Source of the DNA: Ignavibacteria bacterium
GTDB taxonomy: Bacteria > Bacteroidota > Ignavibacteria > Kapaibacteriales > UBA2268
Length of the DNA: 64,000 nucleotides
Direction of reading: 5' to 3'
Assembly (NCBI GenBank): GCA_031261605.1
Contig: JAISJI010000055.1
Span: 12,844-76,843, forward strand
Shown: positions 1-12,047 of the stretch, piece by piece
Position numbering within the stretch: position 1 is the stretch's first letter
Layout of the letters: every line of letters begins with the position of its first letter
Made by a program: the position numbers and the translations under genes
Notes under the pieces: model-generated
The model's database searches: none
Told to the model about the DNA's origin: nothing
Seen by the model: only the letters and a program-made list of their open reading frames with translations

Positions 1-4
1 AGTT

Positions 5-277
5 GTGACGAGTCCTACATTCACTATCATCAATCAATACGAAGGAGTATTTAGGAATAATGACATTACCATATTCCATATAGATTTGTATAGAATAAAT
101 AAAGCAGATGAGTTATTAGAATTGGGCTTCTCAGAGTTGTTTGATACTCCCAATGCCCTGTTCTTTATTGAATGGGCAGAGAACGCTTTCGGTATGCTAC
201 CCGAGTATCAGCACAAGGTAACCATTACACCAAGAGAAAATGAAACAGAACGTATTATAGAAATAAATAGAGATTGA
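5..277 (+). CDS. tsaE: tRNA threonylcarbamoyladenosine biosynthesis protein TsaE (YjeE), C-terminal part; 5' end probably lies outside the window
   Basis: Translation ...HIDLYRINKADELLELGFSELFDTPNALFFIEWAENAFGMLPE resembles the TsaE C-terminus (DLYRL...EWPE motif); the ORF starts at the window edge. Confidence 0.5.
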   Translation: MTSPTFTIINQYEGVFRNNDITIFHIDLYRINKADELLELGFSELFDTPNALFFIEWAENAFGMLPEYQHKVTITPRENETERIIEINRD

Positions 278-849
278 ATATGAAAATACTTAAAATAATT
301 TTAATTATAGTTGCAGTAATCATCGCTGTCTGTATTGGAATAACCGCCTACTATGGTGGCTTTCATACAGTGGAATTTGCTACTTCAGAGCAAGGTGGTG
401 AGATACTTGTATATGAGGACTTTACCGGTGATTACAGCAGAACCGGCGAAGTTACAGGACGTGTCTATAATAAATTGAAGAATGACTTTGGTATAGAAAC
501 AACAAAAGGTTTCGGCTACTATTTTGATAATCCCGATTTGGTGGAAGCATCCAAGTGTCGTGCGCAAATCGGTTGTATCCTTAATCCATCCGATAGCGGA
601 AGGATTGAGGAACTATCCAAAGCGTTCAAGATTCGCATCTTCCCAAAAGGGCAATACACATTTACCGATTTCCCATACAAGGGAATGGCATCTATTTTCG
701 TTGGTATGATGAAGGTCTATCCGGAATATACAAAACTCGCAGACACAAGCAAAGCAGACCTCAAAGGTCCGCTAATGGAGATTTACGACGTTGCCAACGA
801 AACCATTACCTATCGCATTTGTCCGTGTGCAATGCTGGAAGTGGAATAA
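274..849 (+). CDS. hypothetical membrane-anchored protein (N-terminal TM helix; GyrI-like fold only a guess)
   Basis: 191-aa ORF with hydrophobic N-terminus [19 protein letters not shown]; no confident family assignment. Confidence 0.45.
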   Translation: MNMKILKIILIIVAVIIAVCIGITAYYGGFHTVEFATSEQGGEILVYEDFTGDYSRTGEVTGRVYNKLKNDFGIETTKGFGYYFDNPDLVEASKCRAQIGCILNPSDSGRIEELSKAFKIRIFPKGQYTFTDFPYKGMASIFVGMMKVYPEYTKLADTSKADLKGPLMEIYDVANETITYRICPCAMLEVE

Positions 850-866
850 TACGCTATACTAATAAG

Positions 867-1472
867 ATGATTCTACAAAATAAACTAAATATCAACGAGC
901 AAATAGAGCTACATCTGGCTGAAGAGAAAATTAGCAAGCAAAAAGCAAAACAACTCTTTGACACAGACGAGATAAACAATATTGAAGTTGGAACTTTTTG
1001 TGGATTGGCACAAATTCACTACTACTTATTTTGCGATATATATGATTTTGCGGGTAAAATAAGAGATGTCAATATATCTAAGGGAGATTTTCGCTTTGCT
1101 CCATTACTCTATCTGACCGAATCGCCCAAAAATATAGATAAAATGCCTCATAGGACTTTTGATGAAATCATTGAAAAATACGTGGAAATGAACATTGCAC
1201 ATCCATTTAGGGAGGGAAATGGTAGAGCAATGAGAATTTGGCTTGACCTGCTTTTGAAAAAAGAAATTAAACAAGTAGTTAATTGGAATTTAATAGATAA
1301 AGAGGATTATCTATCGGCAATGGAACGAAGCGTTGTTCGTTCCATTGAAATCAAGCACCTTTTGCATCAAGCATTGACCGATAAGATTAATGACCGAGAA
1401 ATATTTATGAAGGGAATCGATATAAGTTATTATTATGAAGGATATTACGAATATAAGACGGAGGAATTATAG
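867..1472 (+). CDS. Fic/Doc family protein (putative AMPylator)
   Basis: Canonical Fic motif [12 protein letters not shown]; the ATG at 867 is a likelier start than the ORF-track start at 819, which overlaps the previous gene. Confidence 0.8.
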   Translation: MILQNKLNINEQIELHLAEEKISKQKAKQLFDTDEINNIEVGTFCGLAQIHYYLFCDIYDFAGKIRDVNISKGDFRFAPLLYLTESPKNIDKMPHRTFDEIIEKYVEMNIAHPFREGNGRAMRIWLDLLLKKEIKQVVNWNLIDKEDYLSAMERSVVRSIEIKHLLHQALTDKINDREIFMKGIDISYYYEGYYEYKTEEL

Positions 1473-1475
1473 AGT

Positions 1476-2522
1476 ATGAATCCATATTTAGAGCAAATAA
1501 AGAAAGAACTTGTAGGAACTACCGTCCCAATGGTTTCCGTTATCGTTCCGCTGTATAATTATCAGGAGTATGTGTTGGAGACCATTGAGTCGGTGGTGAA
1601 GCAGACGTATAAGGATTGGGAATTGATTATTGTGGATGATTGTAGCACGGATGATTCGTATAATATTGTGAAAGAGTATGTGCATAGCCATCCTCAATAT
1701 CCGATATGTCTTTGGCAGAATGAGCGAAATAGTGGGATATCTGCTACTCGCAATGTTGGTTTGAAGAAAGCAAAAGGAAAATATATTTTGCTATTAGATG
1801 CCGATGACAAAATAGCGGAAAAAGCATTGGAAAAATATATCTCTGCTATTGAAAGAGAAGATGCAGATATTTGCTATTCCCAAACCCAATTATTCGGAAC
1901 AGAGGATGGAATATGGGAACTTCCACCAGCAAATTGCTTTAAGTATAATCCTTGGGGCTGTTCTATAAATCCAACTTGCTTGTTCAAAAAAGCAATATTG
2001 GAAAAAGTGGGCGGATTTGCAGAAGATATGCGAGCAGATGAGGATTGGCAATTTTGGGCAAGTTTCGTAATAAAAGGAGTTACAAAATATACAAAAATAG
2101 ATGAGCCGCTATTTTTATATAGGAAACACGGTAACTCTTTAACTCAGTTAGGCAAAACAGACCACACACTTCGCGCAAAATTAGTTTTACATAATAAGGA
2201 ATTTTATAATAAATATTATGTAATGTGGGCAAAAGGAATATTGGCTGATGAGCCCGATTGTATTTCCCTGATTAACGAATTTCATCATTTATTGCCAGAT
2301 TTTCTTACATTATTGGGCTATTTTGAAAGAGAAAATTGGGATTATATAAAGCAAGAATTAAATGAAAAGTTCTTGCCGATGGTTGCATCGGGTTGTATCC
2401 TCACACCAATTCCAGTTAATATGCCCGATGGCTCTACCATTGAATTAGAATATTTACCACACCACACATTAACCATTGGTCATAAGGCAAAGGCATCGAA
2501 CTCCATAAACTCTGCATTGTGA
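1476..2522 (+). CDS. family 2 glycosyltransferase
   Basis: N-terminal VSVIVPLYNYQEYVLETIESVVKQTYKDWELIIVDDCSTDDS matches the GT2 / GT-A DxD-type signature. Confidence 0.8.
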   Translation: MNPYLEQIKKELVGTTVPMVSVIVPLYNYQEYVLETIESVVKQTYKDWELIIVDDCSTDDSYNIVKEYVHSHPQYPICLWQNERNSGISATRNVGLKKAKGKYILLLDADDKIAEKALEKYISAIEREDADICYSQTQLFGTEDGIWELPPANCFKYNPWGCSINPTCLFKKAILEKVGGFAEDMRADEDWQFWASFVIKGVTKYTKIDEPLFLYRKHGNSLTQLGKTDHTLRAKLVLHNKEFYNKYYVMWAKGILADEPDCISLINEFHHLLPDFLTLLGYFERENWDYIKQELNEKFLPMVASGCILTPIPVNMPDGSTIELEYLPHHTLTIGHKAKASNSINSAL

Positions 2523-2601
2523 ATCTGGGCAGTTAGCGAAAAAGCCGTGATAGACAAAAAATACAATGGCATCTTTCCTACATAGGTCTCACATTTATTT
2601 G

Positions 2602-4077
2602 TTATCCAGCCATCCACTCGGATTTGTGTTGCAAAAAATACGATTTGGCTGCATCATATTCATTGGGAATAACTCCGTCAAGTATCGCATTCTCTATATT
2701 CGTCTTTATTATTCCAACCAATTTGCTTGGAGGAATATTGCATGTCTCCATAATCTCCTCACCACGCACCGGCGACTGAAACTCCCTCAACTTGTCCTTC
2801 TCCTGCACGTCAATTACCTTCTGAGCCACTATGTCGTAGTTGTTAAGATACTTTTGCGTTAGATTGGGATTCTTAGATGTGATGTCGCATCGGCAGAGCA
2901 AAAACAAATCCTCCAATGCATCGCCAGCACTCACCGCAAGCCGTCTAACCGCAGAGTCAGTAACTTCGCCATCCACTAATTGCATTGGTCGCAAATGCAA
3001 ACGAATAAGTTTTTTTATATAGTCAATGTGGTCAAGTGGCAGTTTAAGTTTGCGAAAAATTGGCTCTACCATTCGTGCGCCTCTCTCCTCGTGTCCGAAG
3101 AAATGCCAGCCACTTCCTTCTATGAATCGCTTGGTTCGCGGCTTTGCGATGTCGTGAAACAGCGCAGCGAAACGCAACCATAAGTTATCCGATTTCTCCG
3201 ATATGTTATCCAACACCTTGAGAGTATGGTAAAATACGTCCTTGTGAGCGAGCAGTTGTCCCTGATTGTCTTCTTTGGATTCTACGCCAACAAGAGCGGT
3301 GAGTTCAGGGAATACGTGCTGCAATACGCCCGTTTTATAGAGTATATGAAAGCCGATGCTTGGCTTGCTGGTAGCCATTATTTTCATTAACTCATCGCAT
3401 ATTCGCTCTTGGGATATGATGGAAATTCTATTGCACATTGATGTAATAGCATCTATTGAGGAAGGCGCAAGTTCAAATTGAAGTTGTGCTGCAAACCTCG
3501 CAGCACGCATCATACGCAACGGGTCATCGGAGTAAGTGATTGTAGGGTCGAGCGGAGTGAGCAGTTTCTTATCGTTGATATGTTGATAGCCATTGAATAG
3601 GTCTATGATTTCGCCGATACGTCCGTTGTTGATACTTGCAGCCATTGCATTGACGGTAAAATCTCTACGCTTCAAATCGTCTTCTAACGTGCCATCGGTA
3701 GTAATTGGATTGCGTGAATCCGGCAGATACTCCTCTTTGCGAGTGCCAACAAATTCAATGTTGGTGCCACCAATTGGCACAAGTGCAGTGCGAAACCTTT
3801 CGTAGATTACCGCTTTGGAGTGAAAATGCTTCGCAACCACTTTCGCAAATTCAATTGCATCACCGACAACAGTGCAATCAATATCTGTGCGTATCTTACC
3901 TAACAAAGCATCACGGACATAGCCACCAACAACATATACCTCTATGTTGTGCTTATCTGCAAGTTTGCCTATTTCAAGGAGAATGGGTTCGGTTATTTCT
4001 ATTTTGTGTTTAATCAATTTTAAATAATTCCAATTAATTATATCTGCCGATGGTGAAGAGTAGATTGCGTCGAGCAT
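2602..4077 (-). CDS. CCA tRNA nucleotidyltransferase / poly(A) polymerase family protein with HD domain
   Basis: GGYVRDALLGKIRTDIDCTVVGD nucleotidyltransferase head motif; HD-like HDIAKP / HEERG region in the C-terminal half. Confidence 0.8.
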   Translation of the reverse strand: MLDAIYSSPSADIINWNYLKLIKHKIEITEPILLEIGKLADKHNIEVYVVGGYVRDALLGKIRTDIDCTVVGDAIEFAKVVAKHFHSKAVIYERFRTALVPIGGTNIEFVGTRKEEYLPDSRNPITTDGTLEDDLKRRDFTVNAMAASINNGRIGEIIDLFNGYQHINDKKLLTPLDPTITYSDDPLRMMRAARFAAQLQFELAPSSIDAITSMCNRISIISQERICDELMKIMATSKPSIGFHILYKTGVLQHVFPELTALVGVESKEDNQGQLLAHKDVFYHTLKVLDNISEKSDNLWLRFAALFHDIAKPRTKRFIEGSGWHFFGHEERGARMVEPIFRKLKLPLDHIDYIKKLIRLHLRPMQLVDGEVTDSAVRRLAVSAGDALEDLFLLCRCDITSKNPNLTQKYLNNYDIVAQKVIDVQEKDKLREFQSPVRGEEIMETCNIPPSKLVGIIKTNIENAILDGVIPNEYDAAKSYFLQHKSEWMAG

Positions 4078-5332
4078 TAAGATAGACGTATGTTGCCGTA
4101 ATTTTGTTTATTTGAGCAGTGATGAATTGCGTGTTCGCCGTAATGTAATCGGTAATGGTAGCAATGCCGGTATTAACTTTCTCCTTGTTTGACTCGAAGT
4201 TCTGTGCAGCAGCAGTAAGCGATGTCTCTGATATTTGCAATGCCTTCTCCGATGATTGCAAATTGAAATATGCCGTCTGGACTTCCGCTTTAATGCTCTG
4301 TTCCAATTTCAATATCGCAGTGTTTTGTCGTTGATAACTCAGTTCATATTGCTGTGATTGTAGGTCAGTATTGTAGTTGTTGAATATAGGAACATTGAGT
4401 GAGATACCAACTGAACCGCCAAGGTTATCCGAAAAATCATCGAAGTTATAAGCACTCCAACCATAGTTTAGAGATGCCGATAAAGTAGGATAATAAGAGC
4501 CATCGGCTGCACTCTTAGACAACTCCGCATTATGCTTAGCGGTCTGCTCGCTGGAGTAGTCAATGCGGTTCTTGAATGCAAGCGAAATGGAGTTCTGCAA
4601 ATCGCCAATGTTGCTTCTGAATGCTGACACATCCGCATCGTCAATCTCACTTGGTATCGTCTCATCTGCGAATTCAGCATCAGCCGATGGGTCTTGTCCC
4701 ATAATGGTAAGAAGTGTTTGCTTGGAGGTATTGACATCAATCTCCGCATAGAGCAGTTGTATCTCCTTATTGCCGAGTTCTGCTGCCTGAGACAGCACCA
4801 TATCAACGGCTATTACGCCAGCTTCATATCTTGCTTGCATATTTGCGAGTTGTATCTTACTTGACTCAATGTCTTCCTTGCGTGCCTTTACGATTTCTTG
4901 CTGGCGAATAATATTGACAAATTGAGTATAGACACTGAGCTTTAGTTGCTCGGCGAGGTATTGTGTTTGCAACTCCGTGAGTTTGGCTGAGTTGTCTGCT
5001 ATGTCGTGGTTGGCTTCACGCTTTCCTCCATCATAGATGAGCATATTGGCTTGCAACTGCATTGAATAGTTATTGAGATAGGGAGAGTCCTGATTAGTAA
5101 TAGTGCGGCTATATCCAGCGCTACCACTGAGCGAAGGTAGATATGCCCCGAAGGCACTCTTCTGCAATACTGCATCATAATCCTTTTGATATGTTTGGAA
5201 CAGCAGGTCGTAATTGTTACGCAACGCCGATTCTATGCAATCGTTAAGAGAGTATTTAGTTTGTGAGTAAAGAAAAGCATTGGTAGCCACTGCCAGCAAT
5301 AGCATTATTGTTATTTGTAATTTTGCTTTCAT
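4034..5332 (-). CDS. TolC-like outer membrane efflux protein
   Basis: Signal peptide, 432 aa, two-repeat coiled-coil / beta-barrel OMP-like composition typical of outer membrane factor proteins. Confidence 0.65.
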   Translation of the reverse strand: MKAKLQITIMLLLAVATNAFLYSQTKYSLNDCIESALRNNYDLLFQTYQKDYDAVLQKSAFGAYLPSLSGSAGYSRTITNQDSPYLNNYSMQLQANMLIYDGGKREANHDIADNSAKLTELQTQYLAEQLKLSVYTQFVNIIRQQEIVKARKEDIESSKIQLANMQARYEAGVIAVDMVLSQAAELGNKEIQLLYAEIDVNTSKQTLLTIMGQDPSADAEFADETIPSEIDDADVSAFRSNIGDLQNSISLAFKNRIDYSSEQTAKHNAELSKSAADGSYYPTLSASLNYGWSAYNFDDFSDNLGGSVGISLNVPIFNNYNTDLQSQQYELSYQRQNTAILKLEQSIKAEVQTAYFNLQSSEKALQISETSLTAAAQNFESNKEKVNTGIATITDYITANTQFITAQINKITATYVYLNARRNLLFTIGRYN

Positions 5333-5556
5333 ACATTAAGGTAATAGAAATATAAAGTGCAAAAATACGTTATTTTAGTGGAAAAATAGCAATATTGGGC
5401 AATAAAAGAAAATAGTGGATAAAAAAAAGAGCAAATAGTTTGTTATTATCCGAATTATTTGTATTTTTACGCACGTGATAAAGGGAGTTTCCCCAAAATT
5501 ATGCGATAAATTTTAACACATATATTTTATAAACAAATTAACGGAGTAATCTTTTA

Positions 5557-6330
5557 ATGAAAAGATTCACAAATGTAATCATCATAATACTCGCTTTAAT
5601 AGTGGCGGTATTATTCTTCAACCTTGTTCTAGGTGCGCCCGGCAACTTTAACGATGTAGACAAAGCAGAACCAATTAATGCACTCGGTATGGTTCACACA
5701 GGTGGTCCGCTTGTAGCACTGCTCATCAGCTTTATCATCATTGCAGTTGTTTATTTCATCGAACGCTTTTTGTCTATCAACAAAGCAAAGGGCAAGAACG
5801 ACCCAGTTCAGTTTATCCGCAAAACACTCGGAGAACTTGAGAAAGGCAACTTAGAAGTTGCACTCAAAGAATGCGATAACCAACGCGGCTCTGTCGCAAA
5901 CGTATTACGTGCTGCTATCGCTCGTTTCAAAGAAATTGAAACAGACGAAAATTATGGTCCAGAAAAGAAAATGGGCGAAGTTCAACGTTCTATCGACGAA
6001 GCATTGAACTTAGAAACCCCACTTCTTGAAAAGAACCTCGTAATTCTCTCAACCGTTGCATCTATCGCAACAATGATTGGACTTTTAGGAACAACACTCG
6101 GTATGATTAGAGCGTTTCGTGCATTGGCAGATAGTGGAACAGTATCCGCTACGCAACTATCTATCGGTATCTCTGAGGCATTGTATAATACCGCTGGCGG
6201 TCTTATTGCAGCTGTTATCTCAATCGTATCCTACAACTTCTTTACAACAAAAGTTGATAGTTTTGTCTATATGATTGACGAAGCAATCCTCAATGTTACA
6301 CATATCTTCACAAACAAAATTAAGAAATAG
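5557..6330 (+). CDS. exbB: MotA/TolQ/ExbB proton channel protein (ExbB)
   Basis: 257 aa, 3 TM helices, conserved ExbB C-terminal region LSIGISEALYNTAGGLIAAV; followed by exbD and tonB. Confidence 0.85.
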   Translation: MKRFTNVIIIILALIVAVLFFNLVLGAPGNFNDVDKAEPINALGMVHTGGPLVALLISFIIIAVVYFIERFLSINKAKGKNDPVQFIRKTLGELEKGNLEVALKECDNQRGSVANVLRAAIARFKEIETDENYGPEKKMGEVQRSIDEALNLETPLLEKNLVILSTVASIATMIGLLGTTLGMIRAFRALADSGTVSATQLSIGISEALYNTAGGLIAAVISIVSYNFFTTKVDSFVYMIDEAILNVTHIFTNKIKK

Positions 6331-6394
6331 TATTTCATAACGGAATACATTCCTAATCGTGAAGAAGTTTTTTACATTAATTATAGGAAAATAA

Positions 6395-6910
6395 ATGTCA
6401 AAGAAAGTAAAAGTAAAACGTCTGGGCTTTGCAATAGATATGACCCCGCTCGTTGATATTACATTCTTGTTGCTTACATTTTTTATGTTCACGGCTACTT
6501 TTAAGTCGGCTGCTGAAAGCGAGCAGAAGTTCGTAATCAGACGCCCAGCGACTACCCCAGTGGATTCCAGTAAGTTGCCAGACCGCGACCTCGCTACCAT
6601 CAAAGTAGCGATAGATACCCTCACTCTTGATACCATATACTTCTACGAAGTAGTAAACGAGAATGATAGAAATGTGGTATGGCAAAATACGCCGGGTATC
6701 CCCCCTGAGCTTCTAACCAAAGCCCAGTTGCCCTGTAGCAAAGAACTACTAAACGAACTTGTTCGCAACACGAGAATGGCAAATCCGACAACGTCATTCG
6801 CAATAGATGCTGACCAGCGATTGCGGTTTGAATGGATAAACGATGCGATGGATATTCTTCGCAAGAACCGCGCTACTGTATTCAGATATGTAACTGACAA
6901 AAAGCAGTAG
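6395..6910 (+). CDS. exbD: biopolymer transport protein ExbD/TolR (paralog 1)
   Basis: N-terminus FAIDMTPLVDITFLLLTFFMFT is the ExbD signature; paralogous to the ORF at 8671. Confidence 0.8.
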   Translation: MSKKVKVKRLGFAIDMTPLVDITFLLLTFFMFTATFKSAAESEQKFVIRRPATTPVDSSKLPDRDLATIKVAIDTLTLDTIYFYEVVNENDRNVVWQNTPGIPPELLTKAQLPCSKELLNELVRNTRMANPTTSFAIDADQRLRFEWINDAMDILRKNRATVFRYVTDKKQ

Positions 6911-6923
6911 GTCATTACCATTT

Positions 6924-6950
6924 CTTCCTCCACCGAAGTGGTGGAGGAGG
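6924..6950. other. strong GC-rich stem-loop (CTTCCTCCACC gaag GGTGGAGGAGG) directly after exbD-1; possible terminator or insertion boundary
   Basis: Near-perfect 11-bp inverted repeat read from sequence; no downstream T-tract. Confidence 0.5.
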
Positions 6951-6961
6951 GGAATTGGTGA

Positions 6962-8611
<1,650 letters not shown>

Positions 8612-8670
8612 GCAAAACAACACAACAACTATAAGAAACTTTTTATTATAAAATATACAGGAGATAAATT

Positions 8671-9246
8671 ATGTCAGGAGGCGGTGCTGCACTTGGCAGT
8701 GGCGGTGGAAAAGCCAAAAGAGGAAGTTCAAAACGCAAAAAAACAAAACGCGTAGGGTTCTCCCTCGATATGACCCCACTTGTGGATATAACATTTTTGT
8801 TGCTAACATTCTTTATGTTTACAACAACGATGGCTGCTCCCCAAGCATTGGATATGACAATCCCACCCGAAATTGACGTGGAAGTAGAAGTGCGAGAGTC
8901 CGAACTCTTGTCTATCTTTGTTCGCGCCGATAACAAACTATTCTGGGCAAAAGGTTCTGAAGACCCGAAACCACTTACTTTGAAAGAAGTAAAGGCACTT
9001 TCCACTAAAGAAAACTTAGACCCAGCTGTAAAAAACAAATTAATCGTTGCCCTAAAGACCTCAAAAGATGCAAGTTATGGTCTTATCGTTCAAATTCTTG
9101 ACCAGTTGAATCTCGCTGAAGGCGTTATTACTACTGAAATAGCCAAAGAATTGGACGCAAATGGACAACCAACTGCGCGTCAACGCAGATTTACCATTGC
9201 ACTTTTAACAGATGATGAAGTTACAAAATTAGAAGGAGCACAATAA
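8671..9246 (+). CDS. exbD: biopolymer transport protein ExbD/TolR (paralog 2)
   Basis: FSLDMTPLVDITFLLLTFFMFT signature; Gly-rich basic N-terminus. Confidence 0.8.
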   Translation: MSGGGAALGSGGGKAKRGSSKRKKTKRVGFSLDMTPLVDITFLLLTFFMFTTTMAAPQALDMTIPPEIDVEVEVRESELLSIFVRADNKLFWAKGSEDPKPLTLKEVKALSTKENLDPAVKNKLIVALKTSKDASYGLIVQILDQLNLAEGVITTEIAKELDANGQPTARQRRFTIALLTDDEVTKLEGAQ

Positions 9247-9247
9247 T

Positions 9248-10051
9248 ATGAGTAAAACAAAACCAGATACCGTAATCGCTATCGGTATGGATGAAGTGCC
9301 ATTACCGTCGCTTTACGGTGCCGCAGAACTGAAGTTCTTTATTAGGAAGAATACGTATAGAGGCGCAATCTATGCACTTATCATCTTGCTGCTGTTCTTG
9401 TTGTTCAATATCATACAAGGGCAAGTAGAGCGTGCTGCATTGGATGTAAAGGTTGCTCCTATTGTTAAGATGTCCATAGAGGATTTGCCGCCACCAGATG
9501 CAGACCAAGCCGATTTACCACCTCCACCAGAAGTGGTAATCAATACCGGTCCTGCAGCGAGAGCCGGTAATCCTATACCGGTTCCAGATGCACAAATCGC
9601 TCCCGATATGAAGGAGTTCGCTACTATTGATGTGGCAGACCGTGCATCATCACAAGGTGGTGATGGAATTGATGCTGGTGGCTTCGCAGGTAATATTGAC
9701 TGGAATAAAACAGAAACGAAAGTCGAAACTCTAAAAGAAAAAGAGCCAGACCCAGATGATTTTATTGCAGTTGAGAAAGACCCAGTTATTGATATTAAGA
9801 AATTGCAGGGATTAGTTATATATCCTGAAATGGCTAAGAAAGCAGGCATAGAAGGAACAGTTTATGTTCGCGCATTAGTCGATAAAAATGGCAAAATATC
9901 AAAAGCAATTATAGAGTCGTCAGATAATAAAGCACTGGACCCCGCTGCCATCAAAGCAATGATGGACTATGGCTATGCTACTCCTGCAGTAAATGGAGGT
10001 CAACCGGTAACTTGCTGGATAACCGTTCCAATTAAGTTCCAACTACGATAA
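9248..10051 (+). CDS. tonB: energy transducer TonB
   Basis: N-terminal TM anchor, Pro-rich linker (PPPDADQADLPPPPE), TonB C-terminal domain GIEGTVYVRALVDKNGKISKAIIESS. Confidence 0.8.
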   Translation: MSKTKPDTVIAIGMDEVPLPSLYGAAELKFFIRKNTYRGAIYALIILLLFLLFNIIQGQVERAALDVKVAPIVKMSIEDLPPPDADQADLPPPPEVVINTGPAARAGNPIPVPDAQIAPDMKEFATIDVADRASSQGGDGIDAGGFAGNIDWNKTETKVETLKEKEPDPDDFIAVEKDPVIDIKKLQGLVIYPEMAKKAGIEGTVYVRALVDKNGKISKAIIESSDNKALDPAAIKAMMDYGYATPAVNGGQPVTCWITVPIKFQLR

Positions 10052-10071
10052 GCACACACTTCACTTTAAGA

Positions 10072-10104
10072 AAGGGCGTATATCTGATATGCGTCCTTTT
10101 TTTA
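10072..10104 (+). terminator. rho-independent terminator after tonB
   Basis: Hairpin GGGCGTATATCTGATATGCGTCC followed by TTTTTTT. Confidence 0.6.
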
Positions 10105-10354
10105 CAATAAGTAAAAAAATATAAGATTTAAACTATAGTTTTAAACTTTTTTGCCGATATTGTAAGAAAACTAATGAGTATAAAAATATTTGGTGGTTTC
10201 ATAAAAAAATATTAGTTTAGTAGTGAAACATAAATAGAAAATATACGTTAAATATTTAATGACGCAAAAGGAGTTGCACAAAGTCATTAATGGGAGGACT
10301 CATTGAGAACTCCAAAAAACAGCAAAATGGGTATGCTGTATAATATTGTAGGGT

Positions 10355-10375
10355 AGACGGACAAGGATATATCTA
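10355..10375 (+). promoter_or_regulatory. conserved upstream element AGACGGACAAGGATATATCTA (candidate flagellar promoter) for flagellin 1
   Basis: Near-identical 21-mer (one mismatch) 87 bp before the flagellin-1 ATG and 78 bp before the flagellin-2 ATG, each preceded by TATAATATT. Confidence 0.4.
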
Positions 10376-10461
10376 CTCAATAACCCTAGGAAAAAAGAAA
10401 ACGACAGGATGTCCACAAAATTTTATTCACGTTGCTTAATTTTAGAAACACGGAGGTTACT

Positions 10462-11616
10462 ATGGCAACTGCAATTTATAGTGGCGCAAGAGTACGCACA
10501 AACATCCCAGCAGAAAACGCTTATAATGCTTTAACAGCAGCTGGACAAAAGATCGCTACAGGTCAATTACGTTTATCAACAGGCAAGAGAATTAACTCAG
10601 CAGCAGACGATGTCGCTGGTTATATCACTTCCAAATCACTATCAGCTAGAAATGGCTCCTTAAAAGCTGCAAAACAAGCAGCCGGTGACGCTAAAAACGT
10701 AACTGCTATTGCTCAAGATTCACTTGAACAAATTAACGATTTAATGACTCAAATCAAAGATGCAACTGCACAAGCTTCAGCAGGCGCATTAGGCACAGAC
10801 GAAAAGATTTCCCTTGCAAAGGGCGCTTTCCGTTTGGCTCAACAAATCCAGTTTATCACTGATTCAACTGTATTTGGCGGACAACAATTACTACAAGGTA
10901 ATTACTCAGGTAACTGGGTAACTGGCTATTCAGCAGTAAATGATTTAATGACTATCGGTATTGACCTCGACTTCAAAGAAGCCGGCGCTAAAAATGGTGG
11001 CTCATTTGGTACCGCTGGCGGCACAGGTTCTGCGAGCAAAAACGACAGTTTGTATAATATCCAAACTGGCGACGAGGCTTATTTTGATTTGAATGCTACA
11101 CACGACCAGCTCTATACCAACTTGGACGTTACTGACCCAACTGCAAATGCTAATGGATTGGATAATAATCCTGATGCAATAGTAAATGGTCAGGCCTCAC
11201 CTGGTGGACCTTCTTACTCTTATGGTAAGTTTGGCTCAACAGGTCTTGGAACAGGACACTTTGCTGGTATCACTGGTTTGAACTTAGGAGATTTAGACCT
11301 CGTAAGTACTGAAAATTTAGGTATCTTCAGTTCAGACAGAGTTCAAACTACGATGAAGAGCATTACAGAAGCAATTAACAATGTAAACAAAGTAGCAACT
11401 TATCTTGGTGGAATCCAAGTTAGATTGACTTCTCAGGAAGAAACTCTAACTAGCCAGATAACGAATTACAAAGCTGCAATCTCCAGAATTGAAGATGCAG
11501 ATGTTGCCGCAGAACAAATGGGCTTGATACAAGCACAGTTCTTACAAAGCGCATCATTAACTTCGTTAGCTCAAGCAAACCAGAATCCAAGTGAGTTCTT
11601 GCAATTACTACGTTAA
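10462..11616 (+). CDS. fliC: flagellin (paralog 1)
   Basis: N-terminal LRLSTGKRINSAADDVAGY and C-terminal ISRIEDADVAAEQMGLIQAQFLQSASLTSLAQANQNPSEFLQLLR are flagellin D0/D1 signatures; start at the ATG at 10462 after GGAGG. Confidence 0.9.
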   Translation: MATAIYSGARVRTNIPAENAYNALTAAGQKIATGQLRLSTGKRINSAADDVAGYITSKSLSARNGSLKAAKQAAGDAKNVTAIAQDSLEQINDLMTQIKDATAQASAGALGTDEKISLAKGAFRLAQQIQFITDSTVFGGQQLLQGNYSGNWVTGYSAVNDLMTIGIDLDFKEAGAKNGGSFGTAGGTGSASKNDSLYNIQTGDEAYFDLNATHDQLYTNLDVTDPTANANGLDNNPDAIVNGQASPGGPSYSYGKFGSTGLGTGHFAGITGLNLGDLDLVSTENLGIFSSDRVQTTMKSITEAINNVNKVATYLGGIQVRLTSQEETLTSQITNYKAAISRIEDADVAAEQMGLIQAQFLQSASLTSLAQANQNPSEFLQLLR

Positions 11617-11949
11617 TAGCGTTTCGGATGTTGTAATAACTATTAACAACGGATTGTTGGGTTATTACATATACTAAAACAACAGCAGGTAACTCACATT
11701 ATTTGAAAAGATAACGTGTGATACCTGCTGTTTCTTTTTGTATCACTTTTGCAAACTAATTTTTGAAGTTTAGTATTGCATTGAACTTTGAAAATTTGTG
11801 CCACGCACTATAAATTATCTATACTTTGTTTGCACCCGCTTATAAAGTATATTCACTTGAGCTGGTAGATTCACTAACAGGATGTCACCCAAAATCTCCA
11901 GAGCAACTCAAGAGTGCATAATGGGTATTGCACTATAATATTATCATTT

Positions 11950-11970
11950 AGACGGATAAGGATATATCTA
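11950..11970 (+). promoter_or_regulatory. conserved upstream element AGACGGATAAGGATATATCTA (candidate flagellar promoter) for flagellin 2
   Basis: Second copy of the 21-mer; the core CGGATAA is one mismatch from the sigma-28 -10 consensus GCCGATAA. Confidence 0.4.
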
Positions 11971-12047
11971 AATGACAATCTTAGGATAACATAACGGCAG
12001 GAGCCCAATCATTAACGTTGTAAATTTCTTAGAACACGGAGGTTACT

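Noticed and set aside
4468-4806. ORFs 4468..4806(-) and 4563..4751(+) inside the TolC-like gene, and similar embedded ORFs elsewhere (1488..1697-, 13226..13612-, 27148..27588+, 28114..28440+, 32411..33217-)
   Set aside because: They lie fully inside longer ORFs that have clear family signatures and have low-complexity translations; treated as alternative-frame artefacts.
6220-6636. Shared peptide (VNIKNVSNKNVISTSGVIS) in minus-strand ORFs 6220..6636 and 8646..9038, which could suggest a repeated element
   Set aside because: It is the antisense translation of the conserved 5' region of the two exbD paralogs, not an independent repeat or gene.
10140-10165. GCCGATAT (sigma-28 -10-like) about 300 bp upstream of flagellin 1
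   Set aside because: No TAAA -35 at the correct 15-16 nt spacing and too far from the start; the conserved 21-mer at 10355 is the better candidate.
10432-10461. N-terminal extension MLNFRNTEVT of flagellin 1 in the ORF track
   Set aside because: The conserved flagellin N-terminus and GGAGG RBS place the real start at the ATG at 10462, exactly as in paralog 2 (12048).
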